DNA of 64,000 nt from an uncultured bacterium. Its GTDB lineage: Bacteria > Acidobacteriota > HRBIN11 > JAKEFK01. Positions 47,633 through 57,657 of this stretch are shown here, piece by piece. The first letter of the stretch is position 1. Every line of letters begins with the position of its first letter. The stretch covers positions 704,001-768,000 of the forward strand of contig CAVZQN010000004.1 in assembly GCA_963777505.1 (NCBI GenBank). The letters run 5' to 3'. A model generated the notes under the pieces. It was not told the DNA's origin and did no database searches. It saw nothing but the letters and a program-made list of their open reading frames with translations. The translations under genes were made by a program, and so were the position numbers.

Positions 47633-49366
47633 CTAGTTTATATATCCAAGTGCTTTGAGTTCTTCAGCCTGTTCTTCTTCTATCGCTTTATCGACAACGA
47701 CTTCCCGGCTATGCGCTCGAATCATTTTGTCAAAAGAATCAACATAAACGGCGGGACGCTCTAACAATAAATTCCGTTCAAATGCTTCTGTAAGAATTTT
47801 CCCATCCATATCCTGTGCGACTGGAAGGCCCATAATGTAAAGTATTGATGGCACAACATCCAGAACTGATGCTTTTTGAACGTTGGATTTTCGGATTCCT
47901 GGACCGGCCGCAATGATAAAACCATTGTTCTTATGCATTCCTTTCCGACCGTGAGCGAATTCACCATGATCGGTTACTACAAACACATATGTCCGACTGT
48001 CAGCAAGCTTGAGTATTCGACCAATTTCGGCATCCAGAAAGGTGTAGTAATTGTCCAGAATGTTATGGATTTTATCTAAGTCACATGCAGGGAACTTACC
48101 GCATTCAGACTTTACAAGATCCAGGTTTTCGTTGTACCCAAGAAATTGATGCGACATGGTGTCTGTACCGCGAAAATAAACCGCAAAAAGATCGATGTCT
48201 TTTTTGTTTTCCAATAAATGAGTTGAAATATTTGTGAAAAATTTATCTTGCCAAAAATAATTTAGTGCAATTTTTTCCTGAGTTGATCCGATACACCCGC
48301 ATTCTCCGAGCTTGAAAAAGCGTTTTTCAAAATCAGGAATCATTTGGTCCTTTGGAAAATAAATCTTCCTCACTTCATTCAACAGCTCAGGGGGATAGGA
48401 AAGATCTGGAATTTCGGACAAAAAATCCTTCTTTCCTTCGATGACTCTTTCTCCTTGAAAACCTACGTGAGACGAGACGAGATAACCATTTATTGGATAG
48501 GCAGGCCAGCTTGCCCACCAACCAACAACTCCTACCCTGCGGTCAAAGGCAGAAACAATCTCCCAAAGAGTTCGAGTTCGCAGGTGAAAAGAACTTGCTA
48601 GAGCAAGCTGTGTCGGAGTGATAAAGACCCATCCTTTTTGAAACATATTCGCGGTTCGGGTTGCGCAGTAATCAAAAATTTCCAATCCCGCGGCGTTATA
48701 TATTCTGATTGATTCAACATCGGCTCCGACAAAGTTATTACCCGTTTGTACAGCTTCATAAAACCGGAACATTAATTGATTGTCCTTCCATCGAACTAAA
48801 TCAGGCTGAATGTCGAAACGAAATTGTTTGAAGTCCTTTTCTAGTTTTGCGTCTCCAATTGGACGTAGATTAAACAACGCGTCAATTGTAGATTTTTGAA
48901 GACCTTGAGGGAGCCGCGCTGTCAGTATTACTGTTGTACGGTCGTGCGCATTAAATGGAAAGACTAATGAAGCAGGAAGTGGACCTGTTTTTGCGTGATA
49001 GCCCATCTGGAACAATGGTGTTCCTGGCAGTGGCAGACGGAAGTCTTCAATCCCATGTTTGGAAGGGAGTTTACCTGTTGCGATTGAAGACCAGATGATC
49101 GGGCTAAACAGTCCGTGGGATTTATCTATTTTTTTTCGCCATGGAATCGAATCAAGGTATCCCGTGGCGCCTCGTTCCATCAACTTTTGTAAATTCGGGA
49201 TTCTGTTTTCCGAAGCAAGACGCTGAAGGATATCCCAGCTGGCTCCATCAACGCCAATCAAAAATACACGCGTCCTGGAACCCGATTGAGACTCCCCAAA
49301 CCACAAGAAAAATGATCCAAGAAGAACGAGGATTAAGGCGCCTGCGAAAATCGTTTTACGTTTCAT
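47633..49366 (-). CDS. Alkaline phosphatase superfamily / type I phosphodiesterase-like protein with an inserted beta domain
   Basis: IGVDGA.W, SPIIWSSIATG..P.KHGI, GWWASWPA, D...H, DHG and terminal LKALGY. Confidence 0.85.
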   Translation of the reverse strand: MKRKTIFAGALILVLLGSFFLWFGESQSGSRTRVFLIGVDGASWDILQRLASENRIPNLQKLMERGATGYLDSIPWRKKIDKSHGLFSPIIWSSIATGKLPSKHGIEDFRLPLPGTPLFQMGYHAKTGPLPASLVFPFNAHDRTTVILTARLPQGLQKSTIDALFNLRPIGDAKLEKDFKQFRFDIQPDLVRWKDNQLMFRFYEAVQTGNNFVGADVESIRIYNAAGLEIFDYCATRTANMFQKGWVFITPTQLALASSFHLRTRTLWEIVSAFDRRVGVVGWWASWPAYPINGYLVSSHVGFQGERVIEGKKDFLSEIPDLSYPPELLNEVRKIYFPKDQMIPDFEKRFFKLGECGCIGSTQEKIALNYFWQDKFFTNISTHLLENKKDIDLFAVYFRGTDTMSHQFLGYNENLDLVKSECGKFPACDLDKIHNILDNYYTFLDAEIGRILKLADSRTYVFVVTDHGEFAHGRKGMHKNNGFIIAAGPGIRKSNVQKASVLDVVPSILYIMGLPVAQDMDGKILTEAFERNLLLERPAVYVDSFDKMIRAHSREVVVDKAIEEEQAEELKALGYIN

Positions 49367-49402
49367 AACAAATGGCCGCCTTAATTTAAACATATCGAGT
49401 TA

Positions 49403-49499
49403 AATCACGGAAGCACGAAAGGCACTGAACTCACTGAAGATTGATTTTAAATAAATAGTTCTATTCCGTGATTTCCGTGAATTCAGTGTTTTCGTGATA
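49403..49499. repeat. Imperfect inverted repeat (ATCACGGAAGCACGAAA...TTCCGTG...TTCGTGAT)
   Basis: Repeated CACG(G)AA and TTC(C)GTG arms in the intergenic region. Confidence 0.5.
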
Positions 49500-49633
49500 G
49501 TCATTTCTCGTTAAATTCAATTTGTGGACGTAGTTTCTTGGTGCCTCGTGTTGAAAATTGGTCTATGTTGATTCACTTCGGTGCAGCGGTTAAACTTTAG
49601 GTAGCTGTCTCTCGAGAGAAAATGGAGCTGACC

Positions 49634-50923
49634 ATGAGCAAAAGCACTTTAACGATTACCGATAACCGAACGGGAAAGAATTATGAAGTTCCAATCGAAA
49701 ATGGCGCAATTCGCGCAATCGATTTACGCCAGATCAAAACAGATGAAAATGATTTCGGATTAATGACCTATGATCCCGCTTTCTTAAATACAGCCTCATG
49801 CAAAAGCCTCATAACATTCATCGACGGTGATCGGGGAATCTTAAATTACAGGGGATATCCGATAGAGCAACTTGCAGAAAAGAGTACATATCTTGAAACT
49901 GCCTATTTGTTAGTTCATGGTGAACTTCCTACAAAGGCACAGCTTGAAGATTGGACATACCATATTACTCATCACACCATCATTCATCGGAATATCGAAA
50001 AATTCATAGATGGATTTCATTATGATGCCCATCCAATGGGAATGCTTGTCAGCACTGTTGGCGCACTTTCGACATTTTATCCGGATGCTCATAACATCAT
50101 GGATCCTGAATCCAGACAGCTTCAGACCTACAGGCTCATCGCAAAGATGCCCACACTTGCGGCATTCGCATACAGGCACAGCATCGGAATGCCTTATGCC
50201 TACCCGGATAACGATCTGAATTACCCTGGCAATTTCTTGAACATGTTGTTCAAAAAGACAGAATTGAAGTACAGCCCCGATCCTGTATTAGAGCGGGCGC
50301 TGGATGTGTTATTTATTTTGCATGCTGATCATGAGCAGAATTGCAGCACCAATGCAATGCGAAGCGTTGCAAGTTCACAGGTAGATCCTTTTTCGGCAAC
50401 AGCTGCAGCCGCAGCCGCTCTTTATGGTCCACTTCATGGCGGCGCAAATGAAGCGGTCCTTAGAATGCTAAGCGAGATTGGCTCAAAAGATCGAATCCCA
50501 GAATTTATTCAGCGTGTTAAAGCTGGTGAAGGAAGATTAATGGGCTTCGGTCATCGTGTGTACAAAAATTATGATCCAAGGGCTCGAATTATTAAGAAGC
50601 TTGCGTATGAAGTTTTTGAAGTTACAGGAAAAAATCCTTTGCTTGAAATTGCATTAGAGCTTGAGCAAATTGCTTTACAAGATGAATATTTTGTAAAGCG
50701 AAAACTGTATCCCAACGTAGATTTCTATTCAGGCTTGATTTATCAGGCGATGGGTTTTCCGATCAGTATGTTTCCTGTTTTATTCGCAATTGGCAGAACG
50801 GCCGGCTGGATTGCTCAATGGATTGAAATGATTAATGACTCTGAGCAAAAAATCGCGCGTCCACGGCAGATTTATTTGGGTTATGATCATAGGGATTATG
50901 TTTCGATGGAACAAAGAAAATAA
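49634..50923 (+). CDS. gltA: Citrate synthase (type II)
   Basis: TYDP.F.NTASC.S.IT.IDG..G.L.YRGY, HADHEQNCST, GPLHGGANE, MGFGHRVYK and YPNVDFYSG. Confidence 0.97.
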   Translation: MSKSTLTITDNRTGKNYEVPIENGAIRAIDLRQIKTDENDFGLMTYDPAFLNTASCKSLITFIDGDRGILNYRGYPIEQLAEKSTYLETAYLLVHGELPTKAQLEDWTYHITHHTIIHRNIEKFIDGFHYDAHPMGMLVSTVGALSTFYPDAHNIMDPESRQLQTYRLIAKMPTLAAFAYRHSIGMPYAYPDNDLNYPGNFLNMLFKKTELKYSPDPVLERALDVLFILHADHEQNCSTNAMRSVASSQVDPFSATAAAAAALYGPLHGGANEAVLRMLSEIGSKDRIPEFIQRVKAGEGRLMGFGHRVYKNYDPRARIIKKLAYEVFEVTGKNPLLEIALELEQIALQDEYFVKRKLYPNVDFYSGLIYQAMGFPISMFPVLFAIGRTAGWIAQWIEMINDSEQKIARPRQIYLGYDHRDYVSMEQRK

Positions 50924-51032
50924 GAATTAGTTTTAGAGGGGTCTTGGGAAGGTATTTTTGTTTTAGCCAGTCCGATTACCATGAAGACATGACGTTCGTT
51001 GCTTCTGTGGTGAGTATTTTCCGGCTGCCAGA

Positions 51033-54000
51033 ATGAATACAGAAATTCAGGTTTTGTTGGTCGAAGAGGAACTCGATACTCTGTCCGTTGTATCTCTATC
51101 ACTCGCAGAGTTAAAAGGATGCCGTCTTAATATTCAATCAGCCTTCGTTCATGCGCTCGATTCAATCCAGGAACAACCTCCAAACTTAATACTTTTTGCC
51201 CATGCTCTTCAGGGCACCGACAGTCTGAAATTCTTATCGGAGATTCATCGAAAATATCCAACAATTTATACAATCGTTTCACTTCCACAGCAGCATCAGG
51301 AAATGTCCGCAACCTACATTGAAGCTGGAGTCTATGACTGGATAGTTAAGGATAAGAACTACGTTTCCAACTTGATTGCAACAGTAAAAAATGCGCTAAC
51401 CCGCATTGCTGAGCGTGAATCCGTTGTCTTGCCTGAAATGATTCAAGCAGATCAACTTGCTCTGGAAGAAAATCTTGCAGATGTTGTCTTCGTACTTGAT
51501 GGTGACGGGAAATTCCTACACGTAAATCGTGCCATTACTGATTTGCTTGAGTATGAACAAAACGATGTAATTCATCTTCAGCTTGGCGAATTACTTCACA
51601 GTGCTGGAAAGCAGGATTTCGAAGAATTCATAAAAAATGGAAAGCCAAATCAGAAACTAAGAGGAAGCTTTTCAATCCGAAAGGGAAATGGCGTTATCGC
51701 AGAATTTGAAATGAATGCAGCGATTCAAGAAAACGGACAGATCCATGGAGTACTTCGAAAAGAAGAAGCATGGGAATTTGGTGATGCGGCTGCCGAAGCA
51801 TTGAGTGCTGGTTTTGGATCTGCGCTTGAGCGGACTCATCCTGAATTTGATATCGGAGGCGGAGAAGAAGAAACAAGCATTCCTGCGAGACTCGGTCCTT
51901 ACAGAGTCGTAACCATGCTCGGTGCTGGTTCGATGGGTAGAGTCTATAAAGGATTTGACGATCAATTGGATCGTCCTGTTGCGATCAAAGTAATCAGTCA
52001 GGCGCTGGCTCCCGATCCAGATTACCTGGAACGTTTTCAAAAGGAAGCACGCATTCTCGCAAGCATTTCTCATCCGAATATTGCGCTGATTTATTTTCTT
52101 GATAAAAATCACAAACCACCTTTCTTTTGCATGGAATTCATGCCCGGTGGATCGCTTGAAGATCTCCTGCAGGAAAAAAAGAAATTAGATCCAGAACTGG
52201 CAGTATCGTACACGATGCAGGTTGCGATCGGTCTTGATGAGGCATACAAACGGGGAATTGTTCATCAAGATATTAAACCATCCAACTTGATGATTGCTGA
52301 AAATGAACGATTGAAGATTGTGGACTTTGGTCTTGCGCGTACATCTCGCGAGATTGAAGAAGGTCCGCAGGTCATTGCCGGCACTCCTTTATATATAGCA
52401 CCGGAGCAAGTTCAGGAAGGCCGCACCGATTTTCGTTCAGATATTTATTCTCTTGGCGTTACCTTTTTTAGGGTGCTTTACGGTAGAACTCCTTTTGCTG
52501 GTGGTTCGCTTGTCGAGATTCTCTACAATCAATTTCATCAAGGTCTTCCTCCGCGTGAATCCCTGGATCCAGATGTTCCGAGTCAACTTTACACAATCAT
52601 TCAAGGAATGATCTCGACTGATTTATCGCGCCGCTACAATTCTTATTCTGATTTGATTCGGGATCTTGAAACTGCCCGCAGATCAATGTTGGCTGAAACC
52701 GTCACTGAAGAAATTGTTCCTCCGGCTCAAGCCGAGGTTATTCTTCGTGGACTTCTTTACGATCAGCCATTTGCCGAAGTGCTTGGAGAAATTGTTCGAA
52801 AGAATCTTTCAGGCAAACTGACATTAAGCTGGAAAGATTTATACAAAAATATTTTTGTCGAAGATGGAAAGATTGTTGGCGTACTTTCAAACCAGGAAGG
52901 CGAAAATTTTCTGGAACTTCTTCTTGAGAAAAATCGGATCAGTCCGAAAAAAGCTCGTGAAATCGGAAACAAGTCAATTGATTTGTACATGAATTATTCA
53001 ACAGCTTTAGGCGAGCTACCGCCGGAAGGGCAAACAAAGCTTCGTTCTGAATTGCAAGAACTTTCGTGGAAAATTCTAAACGGACTTTTTTCCTGGCTTG
53101 TAGGTGAAGTGATTTTCGAGTCGAGCCAAACTCCTGCGCGCATGATGATCCAAATTCCTTTAAGTGATGCCCTTGTGCGTGGAGTTAAAGAAACCGCTGA
53201 CTACAACTTCATTCGCCGTCGTTTGTTCTGGGGTAAATGCCGTATTCGAAAGAGCCACGATTTTCAGAAGAATCTGATGGCATTAAAAATGAAGTCATCC
53301 GATACTTTCTTGCTTTTCCGCTTCGAGGATCAAATATCCTTTGCAGATCTTTTTCCAATTACAGGTCTTCGTGAAGAAGAATTTTATAGACTTATCTATC
53401 TCTTTTTATGCTGTGATGTAGTAAAAATTGAAGAGGTTCAAGCGGAGCCTGTAGCAGTAAAAGAAATTCCGAAACGACCCGCAAGGCCCGTTTCAATTCC
53501 AGTAGAAATTCCAGCATCAAAAGTGCAGCCTCCTCCAAAACCTGCTGAAACTCCAGCAGCGAAACCTCCATCGCCTCCAGTTGCTGCTAAACCCACGCCG
53601 AGTCCGTTGCCGAAGACTCCATCGAAAGCTCCTTCTCCCGCACCAATTGTGCAAGACTCAGCTCCTCAGCTGGATCCAGTTGCCACAAAAATTCAATCTT
53701 CTCCGGCTGAAATTGCAAAGTATTATTACAACTGCGCTCTTGAGAGTTTCCATCAAAAAAATTATTGGGCAACCGTGGAATATTGCCACAAAACACTTTC
53801 ACATAAAAAGGATCCTCGCGCTTATCGATTGATGGGAAATGCATTTGCAACGCATCCGAAATTCAGACTGGAAGCAATGGAAGCTTACAAAAGAGCACTT
53901 GAGATCGATCCAAACAGTCCACAAACGATCCGTGATATCGCAGATTTGTACTACTCAACCGGAACGTATGCTCTTGCAAAAGCCAGATACCAGGATGTCC

Positions 54001-54074
54001 TCAATTTGGATCCGGATAATAGTTACGCTACGAAAAAGCTGGAAGAAATAAAGACTGAAAAGAAAGTGAAATAG
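51033..54074 (+). CDS. Multidomain Ser/Thr kinase: receiver-like, PAS, Hanks kinase, DUF4388-like, Pro-rich linker, TPR
   Basis: LGAGSMGRVY, VAIK, HQDIKPSN, DFGLA, GTPLYIAPE and SDIYSLG; PAS 'D.VF.LD.DG....VN'; 'SG.L.L.......I....G.IV'; terminal TPRs. Confidence 0.9.
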   Translation: MNTEIQVLLVEEELDTLSVVSLSLAELKGCRLNIQSAFVHALDSIQEQPPNLILFAHALQGTDSLKFLSEIHRKYPTIYTIVSLPQQHQEMSATYIEAGVYDWIVKDKNYVSNLIATVKNALTRIAERESVVLPEMIQADQLALEENLADVVFVLDGDGKFLHVNRAITDLLEYEQNDVIHLQLGELLHSAGKQDFEEFIKNGKPNQKLRGSFSIRKGNGVIAEFEMNAAIQENGQIHGVLRKEEAWEFGDAAAEALSAGFGSALERTHPEFDIGGGEEETSIPARLGPYRVVTMLGAGSMGRVYKGFDDQLDRPVAIKVISQALAPDPDYLERFQKEARILASISHPNIALIYFLDKNHKPPFFCMEFMPGGSLEDLLQEKKKLDPELAVSYTMQVAIGLDEAYKRGIVHQDIKPSNLMIAENERLKIVDFGLARTSREIEEGPQVIAGTPLYIAPEQVQEGRTDFRSDIYSLGVTFFRVLYGRTPFAGGSLVEILYNQFHQGLPPRESLDPDVPSQLYTIIQGMISTDLSRRYNSYSDLIRDLETARRSMLAETVTEEIVPPAQAEVILRGLLYDQPFAEVLGEIVRKNLSGKLTLSWKDLYKNIFVEDGKIVGVLSNQEGENFLELLLEKNRISPKKAREIGNKSIDLYMNYSTALGELPPEGQTKLRSELQELSWKILNGLFSWLVGEVIFESSQTPARMMIQIPLSDALVRGVKETADYNFIRRRLFWGKCRIRKSHDFQKNLMALKMKSSDTFLLFRFEDQISFADLFPITGLREEEFYRLIYLFLCCDVVKIEEVQAEPVAVKEIPKRPARPVSIPVEIPASKVQPPPKPAETPAAKPPSPPVAAKPTPSPLPKTPSKAPSPAPIVQDSAPQLDPVATKIQSSPAEIAKYYYNCALESFHQKNYWATVEYCHKTLSHKKDPRAYRLMGNAFATHPKFRLEAMEAYKRALEIDPNSPQTIRDIADLYYSTGTYALAKARYQDVLNLDPDNSYATKKLEEIKTEKKVK

Positions 54075-54217
54075 AGTTTCGTATCACTTTATTCTTCAAT
54101 CACTTCCAGTTTCTAACCATTAAAAGCAATTCACTGGTTATAATGACTCAGGAGGCCTTTTTCACGACGTCCTGTGATTTTTGGTAGAATAGGATTGGCG
54201 AGGAGGGAGACTCGGGT

Positions 54218-56476
54218 ATGAGTAGCAAGGGCAGAACTCTGCACCAAATTCTTGATGCTGGTAAGCCTTTAGTTCCTGATCAAGTGTTTGCCATCGGTGT
54301 CGATCTAGCTCGGATCATTGATAGCCATCACAAACAAAACCGTATTTACGGAGGAGTCTATCCCGATCAGGTTCATGTTGAAACAGATGGTTTTGTCCAG
54401 ATCTACCCACTGGCTGCTCCGCGTCAAGCTGAAGACTTAACTCTTTCTTATTTATGTTTTGCTCCGCCTGAAATAGTAAAAGGAAAGCCTCCATCACCTT
54501 TATCTGATCTTTATTCGTTTGGCGCAATCTTGTATTCGCTGCTTACGGGAAGGATTCCATTTGATACCGGATCTCAGGATCAATTGATGGAAGATATTGA
54601 ACAATCAAAAATAAAACCACTTCCTATCCTTGCCGGAAATGGAAATCAAGCAGAACGGATTATCAGAAGATGCATGAGTTCCGAACCATTGCGTCGTTAT
54701 CAAAGCGCACAAGAAGTCTTATCTGAGTTACGTGGCTTATCGCGAACTTCGCGTTCTTTACCGGGACAAAGTCAATCAATAGCGGCACAATATGTACCAT
54801 CAATAGCGGCAACACCGGGTTTATTAAAAAAACACAGAAATCTTGTTGCGATTATTGCGGGTGTTGTTATTTTGTTGGGAGCCGGACTCTTCTTTTTTCC
54901 AAAGGGTCAAGGACCAGCCAAAACGTCGAAATCATCCTGGCTTGATCGTTCAGTCGCTGCAACACCGGAAATCGAACGCGATCCAGCGATCTCACCATCC
55001 GGCGATACTATTGCGTATGTTGCGAATTCTACAGGCAATTGGGAAATATACGTACGGCAAATTTCTGCAACTCAACCAATCGCAATCACTCAAAGTCCAG
55101 GGACCGAGGAAAATCCCAAATGGTCTCCTGATGGCAATCAGATTCTATTCACTTATAAAGGTCCAGGAGTTCCTTCTACATTATTCATAGTCGCACCTAC
55201 TGGTGGAATTCCACAAAAAATTGCTGATCAAGCTATTGATGGACAATGGTCTCCTGATGGCACAAAAATTTGCTATGTAACTCCTGCTGAAGCAAGTTCA
55301 CGAAGTTTGATTGTTTTGGATTGGAAAGAACAAAAAACCACAACTCTCCTTCAAAGTGAGAAAGGACTTGCTCATCCTTCATTCTCACGCGATGGAACTG
55401 AAATCGTTGCCGAAGCCGATATCGGTTCAAGTCATGGGTTGCTTCTAATTGACGTTGAATCAGGTGAGAAAAAAATCTTAACAAAGGATGCTTTTGATCA
55501 GAGTCCCTCATGGAGCTGGGTTACTGATTCCATATTGTTTTCCTCAAATCGGACTAATAGTTTCAAAATATGGAAAACCGATCGGGACGGAAAGATGGAA
55601 CAGATCACTCGAGGAAAAGGGGATGACTTTAATCCTTCACCGGCAATAAACGGAACGGATTTTGTCTACTATAGACAATCCAATTTAAGTGAGATCCATT
55701 CTATTAATCCTGATGCGGTGAATGAATCGAATCGTTCAACTGCTGTGGCAAAAAGTTTTTATCCGCGCATTATTTCGCGAGATTCATTTGCCTTTTTAAG
55801 CGAACAAGGCAAAGGATTCGATTTGAAATGGGGCATACAAGGCTCCAATGTTGCGACCACTCTAATGCAATCTCTTCCTGCAGCATTCACTTTTGCCGTA
55901 TCCCAGGATGGTTCTTATATATACCTCGAACAGTCTGAGCATGGGCTCGCGCAGATCAATCTAAAGGATGGAACTTCGATCGATCTTGGCAGCACTACAG
56001 TTCTACCGTACGAAGCTTCTCCTGACAAAAGGCTTTTGTTCTATGCAGTCCGGCGAGCAGACAGCATGGTATATAAACTAAAGGATCTGAAAACACAGCA
56101 AGAAGAGGATTTATTTATTCGTCCAAATAAACTTCGGATCATTCGCTCCTTCTGGTTAGACAATTCTAGAATTTGCTGGCTTGCTGCTGATGGATCAGTC
56201 TCATTGTGGGCAATCAAGGAAAATAAGATTTCACAAATCCTGACAGGATGTTACGACTTTGCGGTAAGACCTCGCACAGAAGTTGCTGCAGCACTCATTG
56301 GCAACAAACCTGAAGGTGCGATGCTTGCGTTGATTGATTTCAAAAGTGGTAAGCGAGTGGATCTAAAAAGTTTTGATCAAGATGGATATTCACGAAATCT
56401 TGATTGGTCGCGTGATGGAAAATTAATTTACTACGATCGATTCCGCAAAGACTCTGACCTCTACATCGCCGAATAA
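54218..56476 (+). CDS. Membrane protein: kinase C-lobe-like pseudokinase, TM helix, TolB/PD40 beta-propeller
   Basis: GAGGAGGG RBS; PPE, SDLYSFGAILY..LTG..PF and 'P..RY.SA' are kept while HRD and DFG are lost; repeats P.(W/I)SPDG. Confidence 0.8.
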   Translation: MSSKGRTLHQILDAGKPLVPDQVFAIGVDLARIIDSHHKQNRIYGGVYPDQVHVETDGFVQIYPLAAPRQAEDLTLSYLCFAPPEIVKGKPPSPLSDLYSFGAILYSLLTGRIPFDTGSQDQLMEDIEQSKIKPLPILAGNGNQAERIIRRCMSSEPLRRYQSAQEVLSELRGLSRTSRSLPGQSQSIAAQYVPSIAATPGLLKKHRNLVAIIAGVVILLGAGLFFFPKGQGPAKTSKSSWLDRSVAATPEIERDPAISPSGDTIAYVANSTGNWEIYVRQISATQPIAITQSPGTEENPKWSPDGNQILFTYKGPGVPSTLFIVAPTGGIPQKIADQAIDGQWSPDGTKICYVTPAEASSRSLIVLDWKEQKTTTLLQSEKGLAHPSFSRDGTEIVAEADIGSSHGLLLIDVESGEKKILTKDAFDQSPSWSWVTDSILFSSNRTNSFKIWKTDRDGKMEQITRGKGDDFNPSPAINGTDFVYYRQSNLSEIHSINPDAVNESNRSTAVAKSFYPRIISRDSFAFLSEQGKGFDLKWGIQGSNVATTLMQSLPAAFTFAVSQDGSYIYLEQSEHGLAQINLKDGTSIDLGSTTVLPYEASPDKRLLFYAVRRADSMVYKLKDLKTQQEEDLFIRPNKLRIIRSFWLDNSRICWLAADGSVSLWAIKENKISQILTGCYDFAVRPRTEVAAALIGNKPEGAMLALIDFKSGKRVDLKSFDQDGYSRNLDWSRDGKLIYYDRFRKDSDLYIAE

Positions 56477-56512
56477 TTTTATCTCACCGAAAACGCTCAA
56501 AGAAATTTGAAG

Positions 56513-56585
56513 TAGCGGTACGGGGATTCGAACCCCGGTTTGATGGCTGAGAACCACCCGTCCTAGTCCCCTAGACGATACCGCC
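56513..56585 (-). tRNA. tRNA-Glu (CTC)
   Basis: Reverse complement GGCGGTATCGTCTAGGGGACTAGGACGGGTGGTTCTCAGCCATCAAACCGGGGTTCGAATCCCCGTACCGCTA; anticodon CTC; CCA not encoded. Confidence 0.95.
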
Positions 56586-56593
56586 AAAAAGGA

Positions 56594-56644
56594 AAGATAC
56601 AAGATACAGGATTCAAGATACAGGATGCAAGAAGCAAGATGCAG
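56594..56644. repeat. Degenerate heptamer tandem repeat (A(A/G)GAT(A/G)C)n
   Basis: AAGATAC AAGATAC AGGATTC AAGATAC AGGATGC AAGAAGC AAGATGC. Confidence 0.75.
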
Positions 56645-56721
56645 GGCCACTTGCATTTCTAATGCCTGTGGTAGAATGCACTGGTTCAATAATTGAATAT
56701 TTATAAGTAGGAGGAAAGTCG

Positions 56722-57003
56722 TTGAACAGAACCCAATTGGTTGACGCCATAGCGAAACAGACTAAGCTCAGCAAGAAGCAAGCTAATTCAGCGCTTCAGG
56801 CGACCCTAGATAGCATTTCTGATGCGATGAAAAAGGGCCAGAGAGTAGCGTTGATTGGTTTTGGCACCTTTGGCGCCGTTATGCGCAAAGCTCGAAAAGG
56901 AATTAATCCAAAAACGAGACAGGTGATCAAGATTGCTGCAAAGCGTGTTCCCAAATTTAAGGCAGGAAAGCAGTTAAGTAAGATGGTTCAAAAGATGAAA
57001 TAG
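56722..57003 (+). CDS. hup: DNA-binding protein HU
   Basis: AGGAGG RBS with TTG start; V.LIGFGTF...RKAR.G.NP.T...I.I.A...PKFKAGK.L. Confidence 0.95.
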   Translation: MNRTQLVDAIAKQTKLSKKQANSALQATLDSISDAMKKGQRVALIGFGTFGAVMRKARKGINPKTRQVIKIAAKRVPKFKAGKQLSKMVQKMK

Positions 57004-57030
57004 GTTTTACAAATTGACTGCAATTAAGAA

Positions 57031-57071
57031 GGCCGGGAACATCCTTTATTGGAATTCCCGGCCCTGATTTT
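57031..57071 (+). terminator. Probable terminator after hup
   Basis: GGCCGGGAA...TTCCCGGCC stem followed by TGATTTT. Confidence 0.6.
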
Positions 57072-57085
57072 CTGAACCCCACCTC

Positions 57086-57631
57086 ATGAAATTTTCAATC
57101 ATATTTTTTCCCTCATTTGCTTTGAGTCTTTTGATGGTGCTTTCATGCTCCAGAAGTGCTGAGAAAGATCCTCGCGTCGAAAAACTTCAGAATGAAGTGC
57201 AGAATCTCGCGCAACAAAATAAAGAACTTCAGACTCAAATTCGCCAGTTGCAGTCTGAGATGCATGAACTAAAAGAGCAGCAAGTGATAAAGGCACCGCA
57301 AACAAAGCCCCAAGATCAAAAAATGACTGTAGATATGATGAAGATTGAAATCAAACCAGCCTTAGCAGAAGCGATTCGGGATGTCCGAAAAAAGGCCGAA
57401 ACACCGCGTAAAGGGACTCAATTTGGCATGCGCATTGAATATGATTTGCAAAAAGCATTTTATGGATTAATTGAAACCGGCGATGCACGTGTGCCTTATC
57501 AAGCTAAAGTTATTGTTACGTTTGAAAAATTTTTAGAATCAGATAATGAATCTAAATCCTATGGTAAAGGGTCGACCATGTTGATGTTTTCCTACCGGAA
57601 ACAGAAATGGGTTCTTGACTCAGCCCAGTAA
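57086..57631 (+). CDS. Hypothetical lipoprotein with coiled coil
   Basis: Lipobox VLS-C followed by a Q/E/L heptad stretch. Confidence 0.7.
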   Translation: MKFSIIFFPSFALSLLMVLSCSRSAEKDPRVEKLQNEVQNLAQQNKELQTQIRQLQSEMHELKEQQVIKAPQTKPQDQKMTVDMMKIEIKPALAEAIRDVRKKAETPRKGTQFGMRIEYDLQKAFYGLIETGDARVPYQAKVIVTFEKFLESDNESKSYGKGSTMLMFSYRKQKWVLDSAQ

Positions 57632-57657
57632 GAATTAACTTAACCGCAACGTCGTCT

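Noticed and set aside
170-56585. Genomic island or prophage anchored at either tRNA
   Set aside because: No integrase, transposase, phage gene or duplicated tRNA 3' end was seen, and housekeeping genes are spread throughout.
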